Assembly (NCBI GenBank): GCA_949358305.1
Contig: OX442314.1
Coordinates: forward strand, 19,964,001-20,028,000
Length of the DNA: 64,000 bases
Origin: Strigamia acuminata
Taxonomy: Eukaryota
Direction of reading: 5' to 3'
Part shown: one piece after another, positions 39,401 through 53,000 of the stretch
Position numbering within the stretch: position 1 is the stretch's first letter
Layout of the letters: every line of letters begins with the position of its first letter
Program-made: the position numbers and the translations under genes
Notes under the pieces: generated by a model
The model's database searches: none
Told to the model about the DNA's origin: nothing
The model's input: the letters and a program-made list of their open reading frames with translations, nothing else

Positions 39401-42400
39401 ATGGTATTGATGTAATTATTTTTGACATTTCTGAAGCTTGTAAATTATTTCTTCTGAATTTTAATTAAGCAACATCAAATTTATTTTAATAAACAATTAA
39501 TAATTTTCAGACAACCTTTCGTAATGTATTTCTCCAGTTGAACACACATTACAATAATTGCAGAATTGTAGAATTAGAAAAAATACGATACAACTAAATA
39601 ATAAAAACAAAGAACCTGCATTCATTATGTAAAACGCAAATGCCATTTTTATATTCAATTTGAGTATGTGAATTTAATCTTCCTCCACCACAAGCACCAT
39701 CGCATGTATATGGAACCACTGCCAACTCTGTTCTTAAGCAAATTGTATCCACACTTTTAAACTTTTTACTCGATATAAGCTTTCCTGTGTTTGAAACATA
39801 CCCACATGTTGAGACATAGCTAGAAAATTAAATTAAATTAAATAAATGGCCAAATAAAAAACTGTTATTTTTATATTGCAGAATCCAGGTAATTCCAAGA
39901 ATAAAACCTCTCTACAACAACAAATATTTACAGAATCGATAACTTTAACTTTAACTTTGATGTAAATATTGATCATCCAGTTGTAGTGTTTAATATACGA
40001 AAGTATAGCACTTACTACATTGCCGTCACTGCAGTTGTATTAGGCTGTACAGGTACAATATATGGCGTTGAACAATCTATAAACTGCGTTGGCACACATT
40101 CGATCGGAATGTCAATTAAATGTTTGAAACTTTCTTGATTATCAATCGTGAGTTCATGTTTTCCACCCGAACTTCTTTTTTTACGATACCAAAATGTTTC
40201 ATAATACTGTTGATAAGTATCTGACATTAGAGACCACTTCACAACATTTCTCAGCTATCGAACAAAATCACAATAAGTATAATTGACTCTATTAGAACTG
40301 TTTGATTATTGAGTTACGTATAATCCATCAGCAACAGTGTGTGTTCGGCCAGAAACTACATTAGCAATCGCTATTGTTGGTTCTAGTCGAAATCCCCCAG
40401 TCGCTGAATATCTAATAACACCAGTTAAACCTTCAAATGCTAACTAATTATCAAAACAAAAATAATGACAACGGTAAACAAACTACGGTAACAATCAGCC
40501 GATACTTACTTCAGCAAATCCTTGGACTACAGTGTGTTTAGAGAAAATTTCATTGTTGCTTAGCAATTTTTCAAACGAGTAAGCAAATGTTAGTACAGCA
40601 TCGTAACCTAATGCAAATTTATCAGCAACCTGATCAGAAATATATCACACTTTCATTACGTAATTCAATAATTGCAATAATTCAATTATTTACATTTGAA
40701 CTGTCAGTAGTTGGTATGCCATAATAGTCCACGTGATTGATTCCAAAATATTTACGATTTACATGATACCACAGATCAGTGGAAAACCCAGATAAATTAT
40801 AAGCTTTATAAACCATGTGCATTCCGTGAAAGGCTTCTAAGCATGTTGGTTTCTGTTTAACGTATATAACATACTTCTCAATGAACACGCCATATTTACA
40901 TTTCTGTAATCTACAGTCTACACCATGCTCGAAATGGAATATTCCATGAACTGGAACACCACTTCAAAATTTAGAAAAAAAAAAGAAAAAAAAAAAGAAA
41001 ACAATAATTCGTTCAATTACAAAATCCCGAGAAAAAAAATCAAAGGATCACAGTACCAACTGTGCTGCAACCTACAACTTAGAACTACCGGTTATGTAAA
41101 TTCTGTGGAAAAATAAACTACAGTACGTCGAAAAATAATCACGAACTGAAACAATATTTTCTATAATTTCACTCTCGTGCATTTTGAGCCTTAAATCTAA
41201 CATGTACCATAGCACAAAGTGGATGCTGACTGTCCCAATCAAATTGCTTCGCAGCAACTTGCATTGTAATCCATTTATAGCCGTGCATTGGTGCAACCCC
41301 ATATCTAAAACATAAGAAATGTATTCTAAATATCAGTTTTAGTTTAAATCGTAGCAAATAATTGTTACTTTATAGCTTGTCTGTACACAAAATATTGTTT
41401 AGGAGCAAGTACAGAACAAAGAACAATTTTGGCTCCATATTTTTTTGCCTCTTTTATGTCTTCCAATAAATCTGTTTGATTTCCAACATATATCTACAAA
41501 GCAAGAATTTCAATTCTTGAATAACAATATTAGATGATTCGTATTAACAAACTCTCGTTATAACGAATCGATTTTCTCGGACCCTTGCGATTCGTTATAA
41601 AGCGTTTCGACTGTATCTACAATTGTACCTGGTTTAGGACAATTTTCCTGGATTATCATGAGAAGTATGCTATGTTTTTAATTTATGCGCATTCGACTTA
41701 TTTGAATATCCCCAGACTGGCCCTAAACATGTGACCAAAAGTTTCCTAATTTTCCAAAATCTTAAAATTAATTAGAATCACTTTCGCCGTCAACATAGAA
41801 ACAGTTCTCATCTCAACGCACGAGGCACAAATACAGCCCGAATTCTCATGGTTTTCCATGCAACCAGCGCTATTTTCATAGCATCATACCGTATTTTGTG
41901 TTAGCCAAGCTGAAGAGAAAAGCCTGTTAGTGGTCTCAATTCACTGACATTTTAGCCAAGAACTGCTGACGACCTCTCAATTTCTGGACTTGTTTGTAAA
42001 GTATTTGTCGTCTCAATTGTACATTTATTTCTGCATTTCCGACTTGAAGATGCGGTTTGCTCTCAGGCACCTGCAAGCGCGTGTACCCAACGTCTATGCA
42101 AGCGTGGGAGAAGAGAATTCTCTTCATTGCGCGTTTTGTGAGTGACGAATTTCTCCCTCAGCGAGACACAGTATTTTGATCTCAATTCGGATACTACAGT
42201 TCGCCATTTTGCAAGCACCCGGGCTGATATCCTGCACCCAACAAAATATTAGATTTCACAAACAGACGCTGTCTTTACAAAGCTACCCCCACTGTGTGTG
42301 GCTGCGAGACGGAACGTCGCAACGACGTGCCTTTCTTACAACATTACGTCGCAGCGACATGCTGTTGCTAATACGGCACGTCGCTAAAAAGGGCCGTCGC

Positions 42401-45400
42401 TAAGACGTGCTAGCGGGCAAAACATTTTTGGGTCGCTAGAAAGTAACGTCTTAGCACAAAGTCGCTAAGATGGGCGACGCTAAAGTCACCTAATCCGTCT
42501 TAGAATCCCCTTTCCCACATTTTATTATTTAGTTGTAAGACCAAGTGCCATTAAATTCATATATTCTCATGCGTGTCATTATTGGGTATTTTACATACCA
42601 TAGGGGAGATGATTATAAGTGTACGAATCCACCCACTAGATAATTTACAGAACGAGGTGAGAGGCAACAACGTACTTACTCTGTGAACTACTGTATATTT
42701 AAATACACGAATTGTCTTCATAAAGTCAGCTAATAATTGAATTTCGACATCTTCGAATGTAAACTGAAATCGCAATATGTATACATATGTAATAAATTTA
42801 AGAACACCTTCACTCACTAGATAAGATCCTTGGTTCTGCAAAAATGTTCCCACTCGTGGTGCAATGTCAGCAATATTCCATTCAAGATTAAATGTACGGT
42901 CGTAGGTCTCCTAGAACATATTTTAGATCAGTTTATCGTGCAAAATATGCAATTTCAACCTTTGATATAAACTGAACCAAGTCTTCACGATAGGTCACAG
43001 TTGGCAATTGATAGCTCAAGAAAAGAATATTCATTTTAAGTGATATATCATTATCTCCAAATCCTATAATTCCACTTATGAGTTCGTCTCTAGAATCCTA
43101 TTTTGGTATAAGTGTATGCTTAGTTAAATAACGAGTTAATATTAATCCACTACCAGAAATTTGAACTATAGTTTATTGTCCTGTTTCTGTACTTTGCTGC
43201 ATAGCCCTACTGTTTACTGAGTACAATTGATTAACTTTTTTAATAGTTACTATACTTAATCTCAATTTTTTGGTAATGCTTAAATGCTTAGGACTGAATA
43301 TGACCTGCAGTTCCTCGTCCAACATAGTCATAAACTGATCCAGGGCTTTAGTGGCATTTTGCTCGGTATTATATACTTTTAAATTAATTTTTAAATCTAA
43401 TGAAAAAAATGTGTATAACAGAAATATGTGTCACCAATAACAAAAATGCTTTAAAACATACTTGAGTCCATCAGATGTTTAAGAGTATCCTTAAATTGAG
43501 GAATATTATTGTTGATATCTTCAACTGCTAAGATCGCAAATGTGGCCGTCACTGGATCAGGATCAGTTTCACCACCGGCTGTGTTAAATCTTCCAAATAA
43601 ACCAATGTGGAGCAAATCTGTACAAACAAGCATCAGAATTGATAAAAACAGAAAAGTACTAAAAAACTTCGCAGATTTTTTTTCCCATGACCGATTACAA
43701 GACGACAGAAAGACATACTGTACATAATAGGTAGTGATTGGTGCATACCAATATCACACACAGGACGAAAACTAAACTTGCCTATTTGAGCTAAATAGTG
43801 TGAGTGGATAAAAAACAGTAAATTCTTGCAAGAGAATGTAAATAATGGGATTACGGGAATTGAAAATTGGAGAATTATCAGTCAAACTACAGAGTTCTCT
43901 GTGCAGACTGGACAGTTGAGTGGTCCGGACAGGTCAGCAAGAACAAGGCCCCAAACCACATTGCAATAGGAAAAATTGCTCCCCTGTCCGGACAGCTCTC
44001 TCCTCGGGACACCGGACAAAGTGATGCGTCCCGTATACATATCGTATAGGCAAGCATTTCTCATACTGTGAGGGCGCCCCACTGGTGGGTAGAGGACCGA
44101 CTTTTGCTGGATCGCAACACATGTCAGTGTTCAAATTAATAGGAGGTAAAGAAAATCAAAAGGGGAAAAAATTAATCAAGTCAAATGAATTACATTTTTC
44201 GTTGCATTAACTATGTACGGTTACACTGTCAAACACTTTGCTAGTTAAGGACGATTATTCTGCCAATAGATGGCACTAGTGAGTTTTATCGGCAATTGCG
44301 AATTTCGAACCATTTTGAGTAGTTAAAATATAAATTAGTATTTATATTCTAGCTTACTTTACGGTTAAACTGTTATTAAATATGTTAGATATATTTTACC
44401 GGTAATGTTGTTTTGATCAGTTTACAACATAATTCTATTGAATTATGTATAAACTTCACACCTGGTGTAGTCACCCCTCACCACCCATTGTGAGTTGGAT
44501 TCCTTTAGGATTATAGTCAAAGGGACTTAATGCAAAGTGTGTCCTGCATATCCAGTGGACCTAGTAGAAGACTATGTCCTAGGTATCCACTTCCTATAAT
44601 CTAGGATTGGATGGATTTAGGTGCCCAGTGATCCCATTGGATCACTGGACAGCCCATTCTTCACACCGAGTATATATTCCCATGTAAACCGGATATAGCT
44701 GGCTCTTGTCTTGTTTTCTGTTTTGTCACTACTTACTTGAGCACTAATATACACTTCACTTCGTTCCGACAATCCGTTGTAGAAATACTTGTTATTTAGT
44801 GTAAGAATCTACAGTGGGCTGAAAAACCACGGACACACTCCCGCCTCTTCATGCCAACATTCTGTTGTAGAAATAGTAAGTTCACTTGCATTTAAGTGTA
44901 GTATCTAGAGTGGGGTACAACCCACAGACGCACTCCCTCCCGCTTCATGCCAACATCCCGTTGTAGAATGTAGAATCTAGAGTAGAGCAATTCACAGACG
45001 CATTATAATGTAATATCTAGAGTGGAGTAATTCATAGACGCATTATTGAAGTAGCCGAGCGGAGTTGTTTCCCGGTTACTCTCCCGCCCGTCAGAACCGT
45101 GTTGGAGTAATTTCCCGGTAATGGCATAACCTTTCCTGCGAGAAACTTCTTGATTCAATTCGGTGTTGGATGATGGAACATCTTAATTATTGTTTTGATG
45201 TTGATTGCACTTGGGGCAAAAATAGTTCGGCGCTATTTTAATTTTACACAGATTTTCGTGAGCTTCGTGATTTTAATATCATGTTGAATTCTATTGAATT
45301 AACATAAATATTTTCCCAGTCTGTTTCACATTGTTACATCTCGCTGTAATTATTATTTACAATAATTACTAGCGATGCGATGTGTGTGACGATGATGAAA

Positions 45401-48400
45401 AGTCAACCGCACCTCTCGGATATAACCCACCTAAGCCTAACCATTACACACCCTTTTAGATCCAACCCAGAACCAGTCAGACGCTAGAACCATTCGAACC
45501 CATTTAAGACGACATCTTTTACGTCACGGTAATGAGAACGATAACTATTCTTATTACTAGACTGAAGCCATCAAGTGATATTATTTTAGGGCTTTTTGCC
45601 AACCAATTGTATATTTTAACGTGAAGTTATTTTAGCCATTTGTAGGCCTAGTATTTATATAAGTTCCAATTCGTAATAAATTGTTATATGTTTTGAGATA
45701 CATTAAGTCTGTATATTTTACACTTTTCACACTAGTTCACACTTTAATTATCTGGGCAATTGTATCTCCTAAACACATGTAATCAATAATAATTGCACGC
45801 TACAAACAAATCCAGCTTACAAACTACCGGTAAATAAACAAAAAAAAAAGCTATCAATGAAAAATTTCAAGGCACTTGGGATAAAGTGGGTCTGGGTAGA
45901 TTGACTTCCTAAAAAGTTTGAAAATCCCTGCTTCATTTCTTTGCAAAATATAAAATTTTCTTCAAAGGTCAAGTGCACTGAGTGAGATTTTTACATTTTC
46001 TGAAAGCCCGTAATAAAAAACCAATAAAAGTCGAGAAAAAACTGTGGTTAACAAATAAAAGCAGTGCATGATGGTCGTTGGTCCCTGCGTCATCAGTTTC
46101 CATCAGACAGTCATGCACATGCGAAGACTGACTGTCAATTGAAAATTTTATTCGCATTTTTTAAAATGATTTACGATGGTCCGAAAATGATTTTTTTTAT
46201 GCGACATTGCCACCAACTAAGATGAAGTCATTTCTTAAAGGATTTCCAATCAATCCAGTAATTCGAAAACAATGAATTAATTGAGGTCGGACATCTTGGA
46301 TCCACCCAGATCGAAGAAGTGGATCCAGGTCAAATAGACTTCAGAACTGACTTCGTCATGCTCTCACGCATTGCTTTTTTTATTACGGGCTTTCAGAAAA
46401 AGTAAAAATCCTACTCAGTGCACTTGACCTTTAACAAACTCTAGTCCGGACATGTGGCCTTTGTACGGACCAGAGAATGTACGCTCCATGGATTGGACAT
46501 TCCCTGGACCGGACAAGTTTCTGAGACCCATCTTATGTCCGGACCACACACAGTACACTGTATATATTTTAAAAAAAATTACTTGTAATTGAATATAAAT
46601 TGGAAAGTGGGGATTCCAAAACTTTTCCTGCTGCATCAAATGCCCTAAATCCAAATTGGACTCCATCTACAATATCAACAACGGCACCCAAGAAACTTCC
46701 AATTCCTCTAAAAGTTTTGAAAGTGCTGCCATTCAGAGACAAATTAACACTAGGTTCCGTAAAGACTTGAATATTCTAAACAAAAAAAGTCAAAATAAAA
46801 AGAAAATCAGTACAGTATTCGAGCCGACAGAGAAAAAAACTTACCAACGCTGAATCAGAACCTGAAAATACTCGACGTTTGTCAGCATCAAGAACTACGA
46901 CCCAAAGTCCAGGTATTTGAACATGGGCAGGGACATGAAATGATTCAGGCGATGTTATTTCGCTGTCAAAAACATTTAAATCAACGATCTGCAGTTCAGT
47001 GGCAGTCTGCGCTGGAATTGTTAAAAGAAAAATAAAAGAAAAAGAATTTCTGAAGAAAACTTCCATTCATTTATCTTGCCCAACCTGTCGTCTTTAAGCG
47101 AGTAAAAATTGCTGACTCCGATTTGTCTCGTGCTTCACACACAGGAGTCTGGTTATACAATTTGTATGTAGATGATGGTACAAATGCCCCTTGATCTTGT
47201 TTACAATCTTTTAAATACTCACAAAATGCAGATTGAGAATATACATTTTGCATTTCATAAAATGTAACACATGAATGACTCAAGTCGGAATATTCCAACG
47301 GCTGTCTGTCTCCAGTTCGAGGAACAAGCAAAGTTGCATTTAGAAATAAAAACTGATAGCGATACACGTCCCGAATAGCCACATCCTTAAATTCGACAAA
47401 TCCATCTGTCGCTCTTTTATGCAGAACTTGATCGTAATTGCGGAACGACGTTATGACCTCATCACCTGCTAATTCAGCGTCCGTATTGTACAAAAAGTCA
47501 CGGACAAGCGCTCCTTGCATAAACGTTTTAGCTTGGTAACCAATAGTCACCTCGACTATCAAACTCGAGTCAAGTCCCGTCGTTATTCGATTCTTGTTTT
47601 GATCAACTATTTCCAAAGAAAACGTAAACAGTTGATTTGCAAACATTTCATCTTGGGGCTTCTGATGCCAATTTAATTTTGCAATTCCTTTAAATAAAAA
47701 TTAACCCATTAGTTAAATTGTATTTCTAGACATTAAAATTTACAATTTACGGTTATAAATTTTAATTGGATTTGTAAGAACCGACAATGTTTTCCCATTC
47801 ACGAAAACAGATAATCCGATTTGACGAAATACACAGTATTGATTTTCAGATACTGCATCGGTAATACTGTGAACTAGCCCTTGTGCGATGAGGTAGTTTC
47901 CATGAATTGGCACAAACGGAATTACGAGCTTATATTCCTGATAAACCTCAGAACTACACTTGCTTCTACAACATAAAAAGCAGAGCCTCTTAGTGAATTA
48001 AACAATTATGAAATGATTTCCAAATTTACTGTACCGAAAATGCTCCTCAGAAAATCGTCTGGGGTCACCTAATTCATAATCACTCGCGGCTAATTGGCAG
48101 ACTTTAATTAAGCTATCAGGGATTGATGATTTGCAACCACTAGACTCCGCAACGTTAACTGTAAGAATAAAGCCATTCTTTTTTAAGAAACACGACTACA
48201 TCGTGACATCGTTCATTAAGTACTGGCTGGTTGGGATGATATGTTAAAATGTTTTGGTCGTAATTGATACGGAATATCCTGTGGTCGTAATAGATTTCCA
48301 TTTGTTGTTGTGCATAAAAATGCCACAATTGGTCGACTTATTCTTTGATTATTTGACACAGAATAAATATCATCATCGGTATTTGGTTTAATTTCTGCTG

Positions 48401-48585
48401 GAAAGTAGTTTTTAAAAGGGCCCGTTTTTGGAAAACAAATCCCAATATCATCTAAATTTTTGTAAATTGTGATATGGAATTTTATTCAACGAATTAATTT
48501 ATTTCTTACCTGGTAATGAATAAACACAATCCAATAAACACAAGCGCAATAAGCTCATTAATAAACCTAGCTCTTTGGTGTTCAT
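33464..48585 (-). CDS. Receptor guanylyl cyclase-like gene, copy B (multi-exon)
   Basis: Collinear with copy A exon by exon. ATG at 48585. Phase-1 junction 46583->43617 joins the Ig-like region to [11 protein letters not shown] 2-bp change in an (AG)n tract ends the protein at EPTERE*. Confidence 0.85.
36948..37802. mobile_element. Tc1/mariner-type non-autonomous element with long TIRs and a 30-bp minisatellite
   Basis: TA|ccgggtggcccacataaaagcggcccgacaat ... |TA; long imperfect inverted arms; (gagattgtgcttgattttgtgaaattttct)x~4 at 37284-37400; empty sites in A (~17960) and C (~61440). Confidence 0.9.
38031..38460. mobile_element. Rearranged remnants of the ccgtaccgcc MITE plus sequence shared with the 62065+ insertion
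   Basis: Both TIR orientations at 38031-38085; 38350-38460 matches 62150-62660. Confidence 0.6.
44214..45768 (+). mobile_element. Probable long solo LTR (family E), 3'-truncated, in an rGC-B intron
   Basis: Collinear with the elements starting at 48901 and 49885; absent from copy A (~28686). Confidence 0.75.
45966..46430. mobile_element. Kolobok-like MITE (orthologue of 30137-30641)
   Basis: TCAA|AGGTCAAGTGCACTGAGT...ACTCAGTGCACTTGACCT|TTAA. Confidence 0.7.
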
Positions 48586-50015
48586 TTTTGTCAAGAATAT
48601 GTAACTATCACGTTTCGGCACGAGCATTGTCATAGCTAAAGCGCATCATTATGATAACAAAACTGAAACAGACATACAAACATCGTACATTATTATTATT
48701 GTTGTTTAATAAGACTTGTTTTCGGCTTTTCATTATCAGCTACACTTTATACTGATGTTCTTTCACAACGTAATAATGCCGTCTCGCTCTACCGTTCTGA
48801 CAATAGTCAAATTATCAAATCAAACCCGATTCAAATTGTTGTCTGAGAAAACTGAGAGCCCCGAAAGGGTTTTTGGAATTTGTTTGGCATGTGTTAAGTT
48901 TGTGACGGTTACACTGTCATACGTTTTGCTAGTTTAGGACGATTATTCTGCTTTCGTGTTTTAGCGGTAATTTCAAATTTCGATTATTTTTAAGTGATTA
49001 AAATATAAATTATTATTTATATTTTAACTTACTTTAAGTTTAGCCAGTTATTAAACACGTTAGATATGTTTTAATTCTATGGAATTATGTATAAACTTCA
49101 CACCTGGTGTAGTCACCCCTCACCACCCACTGTGAGTTGGATTCCTTTAGGATTATAGTCAAAGGGACTTAATCCAAAATGTGTCCTGTGTATCCAGTTC
49201 CTAGGGAGGACCTAGTAGAAGACTATGTCCTAGGTATCCACTTCCTATAGTCTAGGATTGGATGGATTCAGGTGACCAGTGATCCCATTGGATCACTGGA
49301 CAGCCCATTCTTCTCACCGAGTATATATTCCCGTGTAAACCGGATATATCTCGCTCTTGCTTGTTTTCTGTTTCCTGAGACTACTTGAGCCGGGTTTGGT
49401 GGACTTAGGGCCGCTTGGGTGAATTTAGTTCACTTTGTTGCACTTAGGGGCAATTGTTGCACTAGGGGCAATTGATAGCTGTAGGCTATTTAAAGTAACA
49501 TTTATCAATTTAACATTTATTCACAGAATTCCAGATTTGGCAGTTAAGTTAACTTGTAAGTAATAGCTCGCGCTCTTGTCTTGTTTTCTGTTTTGTCACT
49601 ACTTACTTGAGCACTCATATATACTTCACTTCGTTCCAACAATCCGTTGTAGAAATACTTGTTATTTAGTGTAAGAATCTAGAGTGGGCTGAAAACCCAC
49701 AGACGCCTCTTCTTAATTATCTTAATCTTAATTATTGTTTTGATGTTGATTGCACTTGGGGCAAAAATAGCTCGGCGCTATTTTAATTTATCTTTTATTT
49801 TTGCAGTTTTCGTTAGCTTCGTGATTTTTATATCATGTTGAATTCTATTGAATTAACATGAATATTTTCCAGTCTGTTTCACATTGTGACGGTTACACTT
49901 CATACACTTTGCTAGTTTAGGACGATTATTTCGCCAATAGATGGCGCTGATACGTTTTAGCGGTAATTTTGAAATTCGATTATTTTTGAGTGAATAAAAT
50001 ATAAATTATTATTTA

Positions 50016-53000
50016 TGTTGTGTAACCTTGACTTCATATATTTAATACCAATAATGGAAAATGTCGGAAACAATGTGAATAACTAAGAATCATTTTGTAC
50101 GAGGCAAATCCGTGTGTAACCTAGCAATAAAGAGAAACAGAACGATGCATTCCATGTTCGTAGCTACAGAGGGATGTTGATATACAGAGTCGGAGTCAAT
50201 TATTCGTAACGAAACCAATTTATTTGGGACATATTCTACAATGGTATCCACGATGCTTGGAAGATTCCTGTGAAGAATACGTTTTGTTTGAAGAAGTCAG
50301 GTTTTTGAGAGTAGCCAGACGTCGTTCCGGATCGAATAGCCTTGGAACACGGGTGTTCCAGGAAGTTTGGACAGTAAGCCAAGCGATTCTTAGTTTGACT
50401 GTAGAGGAAGGAAGACGATGGCGCAGCTTATGCTAGGCAGCTTGCTGCCGTTTGCGGGGTCGTCGCTGCAGGAATGGATCTCGTGGCGGGAAACTTTTAC
50501 CATGTTTGTGGCGCTGAACGACGTGGCCGACGATAAGCAGGTCCCCCTGTTACTGACGACAGTGGGGACGATCACGTACGACAGGATGAAACGTCTGGTC
50601 GCGCCAAAGTTGTTGGCGACAATGAAGGTAGAAGAGATTCTCGAGGCGATGGACACTTACTATAGTTCAGTTGACACGCCGTATATGGCTCGGCAGAAGT
50701 TGGGGGCGAAGAGGCGGCTCGAAGGTGAATCGGTGGAGAAATTCATCGCAGAACTCAGAGTCATGGCACAGAGATGTAACTTCGCGACCAAGACGGAGGT
50801 AGACAGCGCAATTATAGACCAAGTCATCAGGGGAACCAGGAACACGACTTTAGTACGTGAGATCTTGTTAAAAATGCCTATTACAGTTAGCGAAATGACA
50901 AAACTCGCAGTCGCGCATGAGATGGCGCATATGGCCGCGACGGGGACGGAGGAACCGCTGCCAGTACTGGAGGTAGCGCGAGCGTCATCGTCAGCGGTGC
51001 TACAGTTGGCGTCGGGACTCCGAAGAGCGCCTCAGAGAGGACGAGGATCGCCAGGTTTTTTTCGCGGCACGCAGGGGCGTGCGCAGCGAGGTGGAGCAGC
51101 GCAGCTATCGAGAGGCGGACCGGCGGCGGGCGGTGGCCGCGGGCTGCCACCTATGAAGAGAGATGGTACTCCGGTGAGATGTTTTCGTTGCGGTGGGCCC
51201 CATTACGTGCGGGACTGCCCTTTTGAATACGTGCAAAGTGGTCCCCCTGTTACGGATGGTCTGGGAGGAACGCGAACTTCGTCTGTATGGTCGAAGAAGA
51301 ATGCCGTAGCCAGAGAAGTGGATTGTCAGCCGTCGTTCCCCTCTGAAGAGAAAGTCGGTTTCACTGCGGGCGCAGCTGCCGATGATGATTGGAAGCAGTT
51401 GCGAGTGCCGGTGAACGAGCTACATGAAGAAGAGGAGGACTTTGCATTGTTTCAGCTGCAAGCCAGCAGTTTAAAGCAGCCGCCTTTGATGGTTCAGGTG
51501 AAGCTGAATAATGGACTGTTTGACATGCAACTGGACACAGGGAGTGAGAAATCAGTCATTAATATCGCAGATTTTAATACGTTGTTAGTACAAGGGCTGG
51601 CCACAATGCAGCAGATCAGACAAATCGGGACGCGCCTTTTTGCGTATCAACATCAGCCAATAGAAGTTTTTGGCACGATCCAGTTACAAGTAGACATAGC
51701 GGGAGTGAGACGGGTGGCGGACTTCACTATTGTGGGCCGCCGTGGTCCGAGTCTGCTTGGGCGCGATTTGGTTCATTTGTTTGGTTTGGCGCTGATGTTG
51801 AAAGCGGCGAGCCAGCGGTCTGCAATGGAGAGCAGTAGCGACATTAATGAAAAACAACTTAAAACGATAAAGCAAATTGAAGAGAATAAAGATAATAGTG
51901 ATGAAGTGGTACGTAAATTGGATGAAGTTTTGAAACGATGCATGAAGGTGTTTGATGAGGAGCTGGGAACGTATTCCGGAGAGCCGATCGAGTTGGTACT
52001 CAGGCCGGATGCTACCCCCAAGTTTTACAGGCCAAGGCCTGTCCCTTTCCCGTTGAGGGAAGCGGTGTCGTTAGAAATAGACAGATTGGTGCAGCAAGGA
52101 GTTTTTAAGCCGGTGGCCTTTTCAGCTTGGGCAACCCCTTTGGTGACAGTTCGAAAGAAAGACGGCGGCGTGAGGTTGTGCGGGGATTACCGCTCGACGG
52201 TGAACTCCAGCCTCCAGCCGGACCCCTACCCGCTGCCGAAAATCTCGGACTTGTTGGCTTCGATTGGGAGAGCGAGAATTTTCTCAACGTTGGATTTGAA
52301 GCAAGCATACTTACAAGTACCTTTGTCAGAGAAATCGGCGATGATAGCAGCGGTAAATACGATTAGGGGGCTGATGGCCGTCACAAGACTGCCATTTGGC
52401 ACCATGCCTTCAGCCGGTATTTTCCAAAGAATCATGGAGTTGGTCCTTGCGGGAGTTCCTCGGATATTTATTTACCTCGACGACATTTTAATTGCGACGT
52501 GGTCGATGGAGGAGCACTTAGTGATATTGGAGTTAATTTTTACCAAGTTGATGAAGAAAGGTTTAAGGTTGGCCAGAGAAAAATGCTTATTTTGCAAAAA
52601 GGTGTTGAACTTTTTGGGTTTCCGCATATCTGAGGAAGGGGTGGAACCAATTTCTTCAAGGATCGAGGCGATTGTGAAGATGAAGGCACCTCATGATGTT
52701 AAGGGCTTGCGGACCTTCCTGGGAATTGTTGCATTTTATGCAAGTTTTGTTAGTAATTTGGCAACTCGGGCAGCCCCACTTTACGAGTTGTTATGCGCAG
52801 ATGTGGTCTGGTTGTGGAATGAGAGACGGCAGAAGTCTTTTGATGGAGTAAAGAGTGCATTGACAAACGCACCAATCCTTACCTTTTATGATTTGGACAG
52901 ACCGGTCGTGGTGGCAACTGACGCCTCACCCTACGGGGTGGGGGCAGTTTTGGCCCATTTGGATGACCAGTTACGTGAACTGCCGGTAGCATATGCGTCC

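Noticed and set aside
44214..45768. Hammerhead-containing retrozyme
   Set aside because: No CUGANGA...GAAA core with proper stems found by eye on either strand.
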